Shown: piece after piece, positions 12,823 through 25,233 of the stretch
How the letters are laid out: each line of letters starts with the position of its first letter
Position numbering within the stretch: position 1 is the stretch's first letter
NCBI GenBank assembly: GCA_965235115.1
Contig: OZ249451.1
Span: 20,150,001-20,214,000 of the forward strand
Source: Laetmonice hystrix
Lineage: Eukaryota
DNA: 64,000 bases
Direction: 5' to 3'
Made by a program: the position numbers and the translations under genes
Notes under the pieces: model-generated
What the model was told of the DNA's origin: nothing
Database searches by the model: none
What the model saw: only the letters and a program-made list of their open reading frames with translations

Positions 12823-15432
12823 ATGACGACCTAGGCCTATACAGATAGCGCACCGTTCTCGGGATTCTTCGTTACTTCGTTGTCTGTCACGAGTCTGGCC
12901 TTCCTTATATTAAGGTAACCTAACGGACTGTAGGAATTCCGTTAAGCCCCAGGACAGAGGGCCCCTATTTACGGAAAGGTGTGGCACTACAGACCGACAG
13001 GGACTTGAAAGAGGCTCCGCTTGGAACATTATCGTTCGACACCACACAGTGAGCGATAATAAAGTAGTTCACACCCAAGGCGCCGAACCTGACCAGGATC
13101 TGTCTTTGAATGGCCTTAGTCTCACTTTATATGTGAATGGGGGAACTAATGTTCAGGGTAGCGAAAAAACAGAAATACAAGAGAGATAGAAAGAGACAGA
13201 GAGATAGAGACAGAGAGATAGCGAGGAGAGAGACGGAGAGAATGGGGTGGGGAGAATCCATGTTGATACCTCACCGATTCATTCCCCCAGTTTGAAGCCA
13301 ACCACTGATGCCACACTTAACGACAACGTGTTTGAATGACAGGTGACTCAGATTCTATTCGCCGTGTCCTCGCCAGCAGGCTGTCCACGCCACCAGTGTA
13401 GTCGTTGCCAACAAGTTGGCCATGACGAGTGGTGGAGTCAAGGTGCCTGACCCACACGTCATAAATAAAGGAAGCTTTGCCTCGCTCAACGATAAAACAC
13501 CACCAGGCGATAAGCTGCGCCCATGCCGACGTTTTATACGCCGTGGTCCACAATTACCTTGTAATGCTTTTTAAATAGGCGACATAAACAAGCAGCACTC
13601 ATGTAAATAATACCAATGATTATGTTATGAGATTGTGCAATAAAACGGCAATGACTGTCGATAGTTACACAGTTGTTACGCCTGATGGCCGCTCGGCTTT
13701 AAAAGAACGATGAAAACGTTTGGCGAGGAGCAGCGTTGGCTGCCATTTTTTAATCACCGTAAGGACATTAGGTTTGGTATTTAATTAGGTGCCGAAGTCT
13801 GACTGTCGTATGATATTGATATAAATGGTTGTTACCGCCTCTTCATATACAATAATAGGTTGTACATGGCTTCATAACAAAGGGGCAATCCTCGCTCGTC
13901 GCTCCACTAGTTTTTCTTTCTCCCGTTTAGTGAATTTATTTGGCTACTTTTATTTAACTAAACCGATCTGAAGTAGTCTATCCTTATTTTTGTTTATAAT
14001 TATTTGCTAAAATTATGTTTTTATTTATTCATTTATCTTTTAGATCAGTAAACTAGTTCATTGTAAGTCTTCAGGGAATATCACAATATGCATGTACATT
14101 TATTTTTTGAGGAAAATATTTATTCGCCATGACACTGAACGCAAATTTTGAGTTTTACGGGTTGAGGACATAACATATTGTTCCGCCGTCTATCACGGCC
14201 GTGTGTCCTGGCCCCTACCTGTTGTTCAAACGTTGCCTTTGTCTCCCCCATAGCCTGACTCATCCTCCCCCCTTTTTCTTATTTTGGTGGGCGTTTTTCC
14301 CGCCGGATTTGACCGAATCCCCACCATCGTGTTTTGGATGCAGGCCGGGGCGGGTATTAAGGACGAGTCCGGGGGCCGAGGTCTCCCGGCACACACCGAC
14401 CCACCCCCGGGCCCGGCCTGCAGGCCTGCCGGGCGGCCACTTGCTTAAGGAAACCAAAGCTGTACAGTCTTCTGGGACCATTCCATCACTCCCGACCTAC
14501 AGGTTGTCACTTACCCAGTAATCCTTGTGGGACAAAAGCGCTGCCTCCAATTTCCAATATGTCGGCGGTACACTAAATTCAATACCTAAGCGTGACGTTG
14601 GAGAGGCTCTGGAAATTAGGGGGCCGGAGGAGTGCCACCCAGGCCCTGATCTATAAATTAGGCCGGGGGTCAGGGGGTACCTTTGTGTTTGGGGGTTTTA
14701 GCTGGGGAGAATCGGTGTGCACCCTGAACATGTTGGTTCCCTGATCAGACCTGCCAGGCCTGAGATCTGAGGGGATTAGGGCCCTGTGCGACCCGGCGCC
14801 CGGAGAGGGAAACAGGCCGCGGTACGATAAGGAAAGCTACCTTTGGGGTTGGCCGGGGTGGATTTAGGGCTGCCTTCCCTCCCCACGCCGGGGCCACATC
14901 GCCACCGTAACCTCCGGATGCGCGAAAAAGAAAAATGGTCCAACTAATATCTAACGGTCCATTTGTAACGGTCCCTTGGACCGAGACCCTCCCGTGACCC
15001 GATGTTGACACCGACACTATAAAGAACCCGCGCAGTATGAGCGTCTTGAGAAATAGCTCGGCAAAATGCTTATGATTTATTCAAATACCAATGTTGAATG
15101 CTATCTCAGCTAGTCTCCTTGTGAATAGAAACTTTCTATGCGTCATGAGGTGCTGCATAATTCAATTTGAAGCATCTCCTTGAACCCGTTTATTTGTGAT
15201 AATTAATGAGGTATATATAATTACATTATATCATTAAAAATGAACGTGTTTGTTTACTGAGATGTTGTGTGAGTATGTATACACACAATTCATTTATTAT
15301 GAAACTGATGGCTGTGACGTATCTAGTGATGTATGTAAGCCTGTGGCGATGACACAGAAGGCAGGATCATTACAAACCTATTACAGCGCTATTGTTTGCT
15401 GATATCGCAAGGTGTGAAGTCAACAAACGCCA

Positions 15433-16032
15433 TGTGGTCCGGGTTGGCCCGTACGGCACACACTCGGAAAGGTCACCACGCATGCCCAGTTGTGTGATCC
15501 TGGTTGGCCCGTACGACACACACTCGGAAAGGTCACCACGCATGCCCAGTTGTGTGGTCCGGGTTGGCCCGTACGGCACACACTCGGAAAGGTCACCACG
15601 CATGCCCAGTTGTGTGGTCCTGGTTGGCCCGTACGGCACACACTCGGAAAGGTCACCACGCATGCCCAGTTGTGTGGTCCGGGTTGGCCCGTACGGCACA
15701 CACTCGGAAAGGTCACCACGCATGCCCAGTTGTGTGGTCCTGGTTGGCCCGTACGGCACACACTCGGAAAGGTCACCACGTATGCCCAGTTGTGTGATCC
15801 GGGTTGGCCCGTACGGCACACACTCGGAAAGGTCACCACGCATGCCCAGTTGTGTGGTCCGGGTTGGCCCGTACGGCACACACTCGGAAAGGTCACCACG
15901 CATGCCCAGTTGTGTGGTCCGGGTTGGCCCGTACGGCACACACTCGGAAAGGTCACCACGCATGCCCAGTTGTGTGGTCCTGGTTGGCCCGTACGGCACA
16001 CACTCGGAAAGGTCACCACGCATGCCCAGTTG
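15433..16032. repeat. Minisatellite, 60-bp unit, 10 copies
   Basis: Consecutive 60-nt lines are near identical (catgcccagttgtgtggtccgggttggcccgtacggcacacactcggaaaggtcaccacg). This explains the 20-aa periodic ORFs. Confidence 0.97.
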
Positions 16033-16552
16033 AATACCTACCGCTACAGGCGACATTATCACACCTTTCCCACAATTCCCTCGCCAACGGACGCCCCAAA
16101 TTGTAGATTATACAGGTGCGACGTTTGGAGGCGGGAAAGGTTGCATGGGAAGTCACGCAAATATGTGTGCGACTACAGCACGATACCAATCAATAATAGT
16201 ACTGTAGGTTTCTCTCGATAATAACCCCCCCTGGCAACTTCATTTACCCCCTGGCAACGGTCCATAAAGTCGGCCAGTATACTTTGGTACGGTGACAGGA
16301 AGTAACCTGGAGGTATATAAGTGAACCCCTGATATACCTATCTGACAGCCCATATCTGCCGGTATATATAACAAACATTGTATACCCGTCTTTAGTTACC
16401 GTGCTCGCACACATACACAGCAAATCAAATAGATGATGAATTGGAGTAAGATCACTGGGGTCAAGCTTTGATATAGAAGACTTGGCAAGGACCGACACAG
16501 ACACATTCCGCGACAAAGGCGCACAGTCTCTACGGTTATACCCAGCCCACTA

Positions 16553-16592
16553 TGACGTCATCAATCAGTAGTTGTCGTGATTTATGACGTCA
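16553..16592. promoter_or_regulatory. Inverted pair of PBX-HOX/CRE composite sites
   Basis: tgacgtcatcaatca (reverse complement tgattgatgacgtca), a 10-bp spacer, then tgatttatgacgtca. The arms are 14/15 identical. Confidence 0.45.
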
Positions 16593-16734
16593 GTTTGAGT
16601 GGTTCTATGTTAAGTTTTATGATTGATGGGTCCTCTCCCTGCCGTGTCCTTGACCTCGGTACAGATGTTCCGTTATCTATTGTTCGGATATAATTTCAAT
16701 TTTGGCCTCTATTGATTTATAATTGTATATGTAT

Positions 16735-16926
16735 NNNNNNNNNNNNNNNNNNNNNNNNNNNNNNNNNNNNNNNNNNNNNNNNNNNNNNNNNNNNNNNNNN
16801 NNNNNNNNNNNNNNNNNNNNNNNNNNNNNNNNNNNNNNNNNNNNNNNNNNNNNNNNNNNNNNNNNNNNNNNNNNNNNNNNNNNNNNNNNNNNNNNNNNNN
16901 NNNNNNNNNNNNNNNNNNNNNNNNNN
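16735..16926. other. Assembly gap or masked run (192 N)
   Basis: N run followed by a CT-rich microsatellite-like tract to about 17050. Confidence 0.98.
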
Positions 16927-17052
16927 TCCCTCTCCCTCTTTCTTTCTCTCTTCCTCTCTCTTTCTCTCTCTCGCTCTGTCTCTGTCTCCCTCTGTCTCTC
17001 TCTGTCTGTCTCTCTCGCTCACTTTTCTTTCTGCTCTCCTCCTCCTCTCCCT
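16927..17052. repeat. Degenerate (CT)n polypyrimidine tract
   Basis: tccctctccctctttctttctctc...cctcctctcc. Confidence 0.85.
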
Positions 17053-20000
17053 TACCTCCATTGTTAGTTTGTCCTCTCTATCTGAGAGTCCACTCGTAGA
17101 AACGAGAGAACCCACCTTTTGTTGCCAACCTATAGTGTCGTCATAATTTTTTGCCATTTTGTCAAAAGGTGCTCACCGATTGCTTGCCTATATTACGTGA
17201 GGTACTTTCTTGATGTGTGGCATTGTTCCCTCCTTTCACACAAACCCTCCTTTGTTAATGACTCCACAGATAAATCACCCTCTCAGTACTGTCGTGAGAG
17301 CCTATATCTGTACCTGTACCTGACAGTTTCTGTCAAGGTCATAGAGGTCGGAGGGTGACGGCTGTCCTAAAACACTGCTCCATTCACGAGGGCAGGGCGG
17401 GAAACAACGACCGCTATCACTGGCAGCCTTGGGACAAAAGCAGGTGTGGTCTTCCCCCACACGCAAGCCCCTCCCCTTCCCCCTCCCCCTCCCCTCCCAT
17501 TCTCCCCACCCCCATCGCCTACCCAGCCTATGTGGCAGTATACACACCTGAGAGAAACGAAAACCACCTTTCAAAGAGGTGACTTAATACCGTTGCTAAT
17601 GATACCAGGCAGTAATTTATGTGACTTAATGAACCTGATATTAAGGCGTGGTCAGCATACACTGAGCCACGTGACCTCAGTTTAACGGGAACACGTGCCC
17701 CACCTGAGTGAGACTTACGCCATGACAAACGGCCCATATTTTACCAGCACGTGCCCACTATATCACACGGCAATTTGCACGAACATGAAAAGAATTAATT
17801 GAGGAAATTAAACGAGAATAAAAGCCAAATTGGTTAAACAAATACACCCATATTTTCAGGCCCGTCAAGGGCCGCGCGAAAATTCCTGCAAGTTCATTAA
17901 TTCCGAAAGGATGTTAGATTTATCCTCCGCTAACGAGTACCATTACCCAAAGATAATAGCGCTATTAGGTCTATCAAGTGTCACAATTCATACGTTTCTA
18001 CATTGCCATAACCTGATATGACTTATCGCTATACTAAACCATTAATCAGGCAGTGCTGACTGAATTCCAATCTCATATGCATAAAGCTTTATGAGTAGTG
18101 TCGAATGTCGCCGATAGGGGGAGTGACGTCGGAGAAGACCCAAACGAAAGTTACTCGTTTTCAGGTGTTGTTCGCTATCCAGAAACGAGATTTTGGTTCA
18201 TTTGACATATTTCGTTTATGTTAACTCTTATGATACTTAAATCTATACAACTTAGGGTTTGACTATAAACTAGAGCAAGGTGTATTTTGCAAGGTTTGTC
18301 ATTCAACCATCTTGCTGAAAGGCATGTAACTGCACCGAAATCAGGGCAGATTTGGTTTTATCCAAAATATGAATAAGAATGATAAACATGTAAAGAGAAA
18401 AACGCACAATGAACAGTTGCTAAGTGTGACATATCTACACCCGGGAAACGCTGAGCTCTGCCATTCATTTGTGTCGGGACCAATGGAATCCGTCGTTAGT
18501 TCTCTGATTTGATATGTGTCTAACACATTGCATTACTGGTGAATCTGAGAAACCAGTCAGTCAGTACTTGTAGGCCATATTGTCCGGGAGTTCCGGGAGT
18601 TTCGCTCAAATGGGAGAGTTAATTAGATACAACAAGAACTAATGCGTTTTCTTTGGTAATCCTTTACCCTGCTCGTCGATGGGCGGATGGATCCTGCCAG
18701 GCAATTACATGTGAACAGGCCCAAACATTGAATTCCTGGTCACGTGACCACCAGTGGAGGACTCCCACCCTCACACCCGGCCCCATAGGGGGTTGTTATC
18801 GTCTTTAGTTCCATCGGGTGTCGAACCCGTATTCTTGGGGGTTCAGGGTTCTCGGTGCATATCGATCCCATTACCATCCGTTGCTAATGGTAACCATCAA
18901 TCATTGTGTTGGGGTGCAGGAGATGGGATTGGGAGGGGGGGGGGGGCACCCTGGCCATCTTTGTGGGAGAAGACGCCACATACCCCATGGAAACTGATTA
19001 GAGTTTGCCACAGATTTCTTATCTGAGATTCCACTGTTGAATGTAAATAAATCGCGAGTGTCTGTCGGAGACCTTGACGTTTCGTATGATAAGCACATGT
19101 AGATTTCCTGTTCATCTTTGCTCCAAGCTGCCGCTGTTGGGGTATAATAAATCGTTACCGAGATGTAAAACAGCTCAGAGCGACACGGCTTTTAGATCTG
19201 CCGAAAGCATTAGACGGTGAGAGGAACTCGCCAAGGTGCAGTCATTTGACCGTTACTGATCTGTTGTAGGGGGCATCGCCCCGGAATGGTCCCTATGGAG
19301 TGTTCGTGGTTGTTGTAGGCTCTGGGTTGCTTTCACATCATTAATTTTACCGATCGACAAGGCGACAGGATTGATCACGACAAATTCTACCTCGTATTCA
19401 ATACCTCGAGGTTTTTCTGCCTGACGACATCATAAATTTACCCGCATTACCTGAAGAGAAAAAATAAATCATGGGGTCATTAATTTCCCATCTTGTCGTC
19501 GGCTATGAGTACCACAGACGCAACAGTGCGTGTTGCGGAATTTTGTTCCCCCTTTCCCCATGAAATTGCGAATAAAAAAGATACAATCTATCAAGCGGCC
19601 ATATTGAAAGAGTTTGTAAAAGCGCGTTCATTGGCTGGCACAGGGTTGGAACATCTCGGCGAAGCTACCCCAGCATCCTCCGGGAGCCTTTGTTGAGGCG
19701 GGAGCACGCACCTCTTAGCTAATCCATCAAGTTAATGACTATAGAAGACAGACCATCTGTCAATACGTTCCCGTGACATGTCTGAAGTATTGGGGGTGTC
19801 AGTCCGGTCCGACCAAATGTTTTGGTCATCGCTCGAACAGACAATTGTTTTAACTAGGAGACTCGGAAAAAGGCCTGGCTCAGACGTCCGGACGTCGTCC
19901 ATGGGGAGGTTGGAGCCAGAGGTCCAAGCGTTGATCTATAGTCACCACGCCTCCATCCATCCTTCAGGGTATAGAAAATAGCCGCAGCACTTGTAGCCAG

Positions 20001-23000
20001 GCAAAGATTCCAAACACTCTTTACTAACAGGCAATCCAAGTACACAAAGGCTATGGAGAGGATGATCAGAATTCATGGATTGGCAGCAATGGGAAGCAGG
20101 GGATGTTGTATAGCCATTATCAATTGTAACGAGCTTGGTAATTGTACGACAGAGATGGATATAATATAGCAAAGGCATAATTATTCTAGTGTTGATTTCC
20201 TTTGGTCTTTCTTGGCCGCCAGAGATATGTTGCTTTATAGATACAGATACATGGCTTTAAATACTTTCAGTGAGCCCATGTATGGTGTTTCTGTCCACCA
20301 AGCGTCATATTATACCCATAGTAATATTTCTGTGGCGATCTCTGGGCGATATAGATGCTCGGATCTGGCGGACTATATAATTGGTTCTTAAATTAGTGAT
20401 TAGAACATGCAGTGTCGTTTGTTTCTTCAGCAGCTGAGGGAAGTTTCCGTTAATTATAGCATTTTGCCGCTGCCTATTATTGCTATAGGGGGGATGCCTC
20501 CTCCCGAGGAACTCTCACAAGGCGAGCTGATCTTAGATCCTCGCTACAGCTTGACCCTCGCCGACCCTTCCCTGAGCCGATCTTTAATAAATAATGCCGC
20601 GTATCTACGTGCCTTGATAATAATTTATGACAGCAAATTGACGCATATGCACCATCTATCGTGGATCAGATTGGTAAGCGTGGGAAACTCCGGATGCTTG
20701 CAATTTGCCGATGCCTTAGCAGTAATGAGAGGGGGTACCCGACTCGGAGCGACAGTCGGGCGACGTCAGTCGCTGTCCGTCTCTCCGGAATTGGTGTTCA
20801 GCTTTAATTTGTCCGACCTGCCTTACACAAAGAGTGTGTGTCGTTTGTAGCGGCCTCCAAAGAGCACCCTTTGAACTACCGTAATGACGCTCTGTCACAT
20901 TGTGAGTGATCATTGTGTCCTTCCGCAACGGTTTACACCCACTCCCTTCCCTTTTACCCCCTACCCCCTCTCTCCTATACCTCCGCCCTGAGGAATGCTC
21001 TTCAGGGTGTGTTACGTGCAGAGTCGTACACGGTCTATACCCCCCCCCCCACCCCCGGCCATCCCTACCCCAACCCTCCACCCCGCTCCTGGGTGCTGAT
21101 AGTGATGTCCACAGAACGAGTCGGGTGTTTACTGGTAAACTAAAGGCAGAAGAAATTACCGCATTGTCCTCCATCTTGGTGATATACATCCTACCAACCC
21201 GCTCAGCGAATCTGTGTCAACCAAAGAGACATGCTGGCCGCCTAATTCACCGTTTGTACTTTGGGGCATTTTCCGGCAATTTGGCAGAGCAGTTTTTGTC
21301 GGTGAAATTGGTCATAATCTATCGGTTTTCAGACAAACTGTGTGGTTTTCACAGTGAATCTTATTATTCGATAAACTACCAGTGTAGGACAGAATGAATC
21401 GTTGCCCTAGGAGCCAGTAGAGGGCGTTGAACCTGGCCACACTACATTGTCTGGTTGAGGGCATGGCTTACGTAATTTGTAAATGTCTCCCATAGATCTT
21501 TATCCGCGTATCTATAATGAAAGCCTACCTTGTATTATTCTTTTTATATGTTTATTTCTTCTTTGTTTATTATATCTTTTTTAAGGAGAACAACATGTTG
21601 ATTACGTGTGGATCAGTCAGTTGCCCGTTTGTCAGAATTAATTTTACCCCCGAGGGTATAACCTGGGGTGTGTGAAGCTATGTGGAGGGGGTTATTGAGT
21701 GTACCCCTCTGAGGATAAACGTATATTTTATCAGATAGAGGGATCGTCTTCAAACGATTTCACCGCCTTCAAAATCTCGTATTTGAGGGAGGGGTTGGAT
21801 TATATAGTTTGTGTGATTTGGTGATAAGACTTTGAGTTGGCGATTCGACTCGGGAGTTGCGAGTGGTCGGGAGTTGTGGGTGCTGACGTATGAGGGTATA
21901 CGTACACACAAGGCGGCGAGGTCGTGCATCTCCCTGGCGGCCATCGTTTGTCATGCTGTCACAGCCTTCCTGCATACGGCACATCCTTCCTGACAATTTG
22001 ACAGCACACTTTTCTCTGAGCCCAAGGTGAGCCGACCTGTTCCTAGCCCGGTTACAGTGGCTGGTTACAGTGGCTAGGTTTTTGACTGTGCTCTGATGAT
22101 GCGTTGTATGGCGAATATTTCTGCCGGCCAAGCGGTCGCAGATGGGAGACAAGCGAATCGCACCGCGTGGGGCGTGAATTCTCATAACTCGATCCGCCAA
22201 CACACACCGGTCGCCACACACATGCATGCCAACACCCCTCGCATGCATGCATGCATGCATGTCGCAGGCAACACATGATAATGGAGAAATACTGCACATG
22301 CAAATCCGATTTCTCACCTGGTTTGGCACGTTGCTGTGAAGGTTTGAGACGCCGGATTCTGGCCAGGGGGGTCTGGGGGGCCGGGGGGGGGGGGGGGTCG
22401 GTTGATATGGTCAGCTCGACATGTCCACTTACTCATTCTGAACACGGCGGTCACATCACTGAAGTCCGGCCTACTTAATTTCCATTTTCCATTACAGAGG
22501 ACTCGGGCCCTCAATTCCCTGTTGGTCAGAACCCCCGCCAGCGCACACAGGCCATGCATGGGTGTCCACTTTAATAAAGGTGAAAAATGGCTCTGGCTGT
22601 CATTATTGTCGTACCCGTCCTAACCATACGTTGTTAGGTCCATACACGACCCCCCCCCCCGTGCCGCGTGAGCTGACTTACGTATATTACACAGTGTTCT
22701 GTCAACGGCAGAAATTCTCCAACATTCCCAGATTTATTTGTGACATTCCATCTCTCTCTTCTTTTATATTTATTTCAATTAGCCTTATACATATATTCAT
22801 CCAGCATGAATTGTTGGATAGTCTTCCTTAAGGTTACTTAGCATATCGATCGGTAAGTTGTATAGAGATGCTGCCCCCCCCCGCCCCCAGCCCCCCCCCC
22901 CCCCCCGCCAGGCCCTGCTATCTGTACGCCTACAGCTCCTGTTGAATGAATGCATGTCCCTACGGATCTAGATTTTCCAACCTGATTTACATATCAAAGA

Positions 23001-25158
23001 GGCAGGGGGGTCAATATGCAGGCAAGATTTCAGGTTCGATCTTGAACGAGCCTTTGACTGATCCACAGCGGATCTTATTGTATAATCAATGTGGCTATGA
23101 CCCTGGCGGATTGTTGATCGCCTGGCTTGTCCAACTAGTGAATGCTGCATACAGATAAACTCAGTCAGGCTGACAAGAAAGGAGGGGGAATCAAGGGTTT
23201 GACCCCCACCCACCCACCCACCCACCATCTTACCCCCCCCCCCCCACAACGCCCCTCTACCCTTGACCCCAGTATTGAACCATGACCCCACCACCACCAC
23301 CACGACCAGTACCACGATCACCCCTCGGTCCTTCCTGAGTTAAAGTCCCTCCGCCGCACAAAATAGTCCCTTTCTTTCATACCTAACGTACTTGAACGCA
23401 CATACAGATTACAAAACGAGCATGAATGGAAGTTCGCACCGATACGTGCCCGTTTGGGGAAATAAATGAGGTATATGGGAGTTTATATATAAACATTATA
23501 AACATTACGTAATAAGTTGGGTATTTCAGATTTCAGACCAGTGGCGTTCCTTTCCTGATTTCTTATAATCATCATCTTCATTGTGGTATCCTAAGGCGCC
23601 CTGGCAAACGGCCCAGCACCAAAAAATTAACGAATTATTTACAAAAGAAACTTGTTCTTCCCCAGAGGACATCTCTGTCGTCACCATGGCGTAAAACATT
23701 CGCTGTACGCGAGCGAAGGTTTCTCTCGAAGCGCGTGTTTTATATGCAAACACTCACAGTCTCCTCTGAAAGTACTGACAAAACGAACTTCTCCGAACCC
23801 TTGTGGGGGCGTGGGGGTTGAGCCTATCCAATCCCCCCTCCCCCGGACTTCCCCACGTACTCGCTGGGGTGTGCCTGGTGTGTTTTTGAGGAGTATTTTG
23901 ACAAGAAGAGATCGCTAACGTACTGGTGTATGTTCTGGTGCCGTATGGCGAGCGTCTGACATGAGGTATACGTCCGGAGCTTGCTTATTCCATGTTTACT
24001 TTACCATGCATCATAAACCTCGTCGGCAACGCCGCGTTTATCGGCCGCAAGACGCTAAATGGCAATAATGGCAACGCCGGCGACAAAATGCTCAATTAAT
24101 AGCGCATAATTCAGGGCTGCTCAAACAAAGGTCGACGCGATATGAGTTATTGGGAGGCTAGTGGTTGGAAGTGATTGGGGGATGAGTAGGGGGTGGGTGA
24201 GGATGGGGGTGATGATGACAAGGCACCCCATCTAAACCCTGATCTGTCCCTCTCTAGGCCCAGGTTGTACCCCACTGATCCAGGTCCATGTCCCGGTCCC
24301 TCACCCGTGACGACCCCCTCAGTCGGGCCGTGTCTAGTCGCCTCGCGCCCATCGCTCGCTCGCTCGCCCGCCGCACACAGCCCAAACACCGGCTGCGATT
24401 GATTGCCGACCCACCACCTTCGCCGGGTCTAACGACTATTTAACGGTGTTGCATCACAAGCTTATGCGATGCTCTCTCATTACAAGGCGATAAAGTGCGT
24501 AAGGGCAAGTATCGCATAAAACAGTAGCGGGTGGCGAGGCCGACGAGTTTGGTTAATAAATCAACTTTATTGGCTCGGAGACGGCACGATATGTGAGACC
24601 GGCCTCTCAACCGGCGGGCCAGGCCGGGCCTCGGCCGGCTGACCCTGGGCGGCCACCCCCCACCCGGCCCCCGACCACTACTCTCTGCTGGCATATGGTG
24701 CCAGTCATAACGGGACCTGTCCGTTATTAGTTACCCACCAACCCCTCGCCATGACCGCAACGAAAAAAAGGAGCAATTCACGACGGCGATGGACTGTTTA
24801 TGTGTCGTGTTGAGTTTATTACCAAGACAGGAGTCGATTTACACACACTACAAGCCAAGCCACACATTACCATTGACTGGAGTCATAAAGAGCCACCACC
24901 ACGTGGTTTTGTTGATGTTTTCGTGTTTTTTTTTCTCTGGGACACGTGACCGTCCATACATCCGGGCATTGACGGGGCAGTGATAAATTCCACGGAGCCC
25001 GCGAGATTGCGGGCGGGAAGTGGGTGTTAGCAATGAGGAAAACGGTGACAAAGGTTAACGGAGAATCATTGATTAAAACAATGTGGCATTTAATTGAACA
25101 ATTAATAAAAGAAAACAAGATGGTCGATAGTTAAAGTGCCGCGTGTCAGCAGTAATTT

Positions 25159-25161
<3 letters not shown>

Positions 25162-25228
<67 letters not shown>
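25162..25228. repeat. (AG)n microsatellite
   Basis: Pure ag repeat of more than 30 units, with a degenerate tail to about 25278. Confidence 0.97.

Positions 25229-25233
<5 letters not shown>

Noticed and set aside
15370-16221. Multiple 200-240 aa ORFs
   Set aside because: They are products of the 60-bp tandem repeat.
20407-21397. ORFs of 147-163 aa
   Set aside because: No recognisable motif, overlap on both strands, and no clear splice context.
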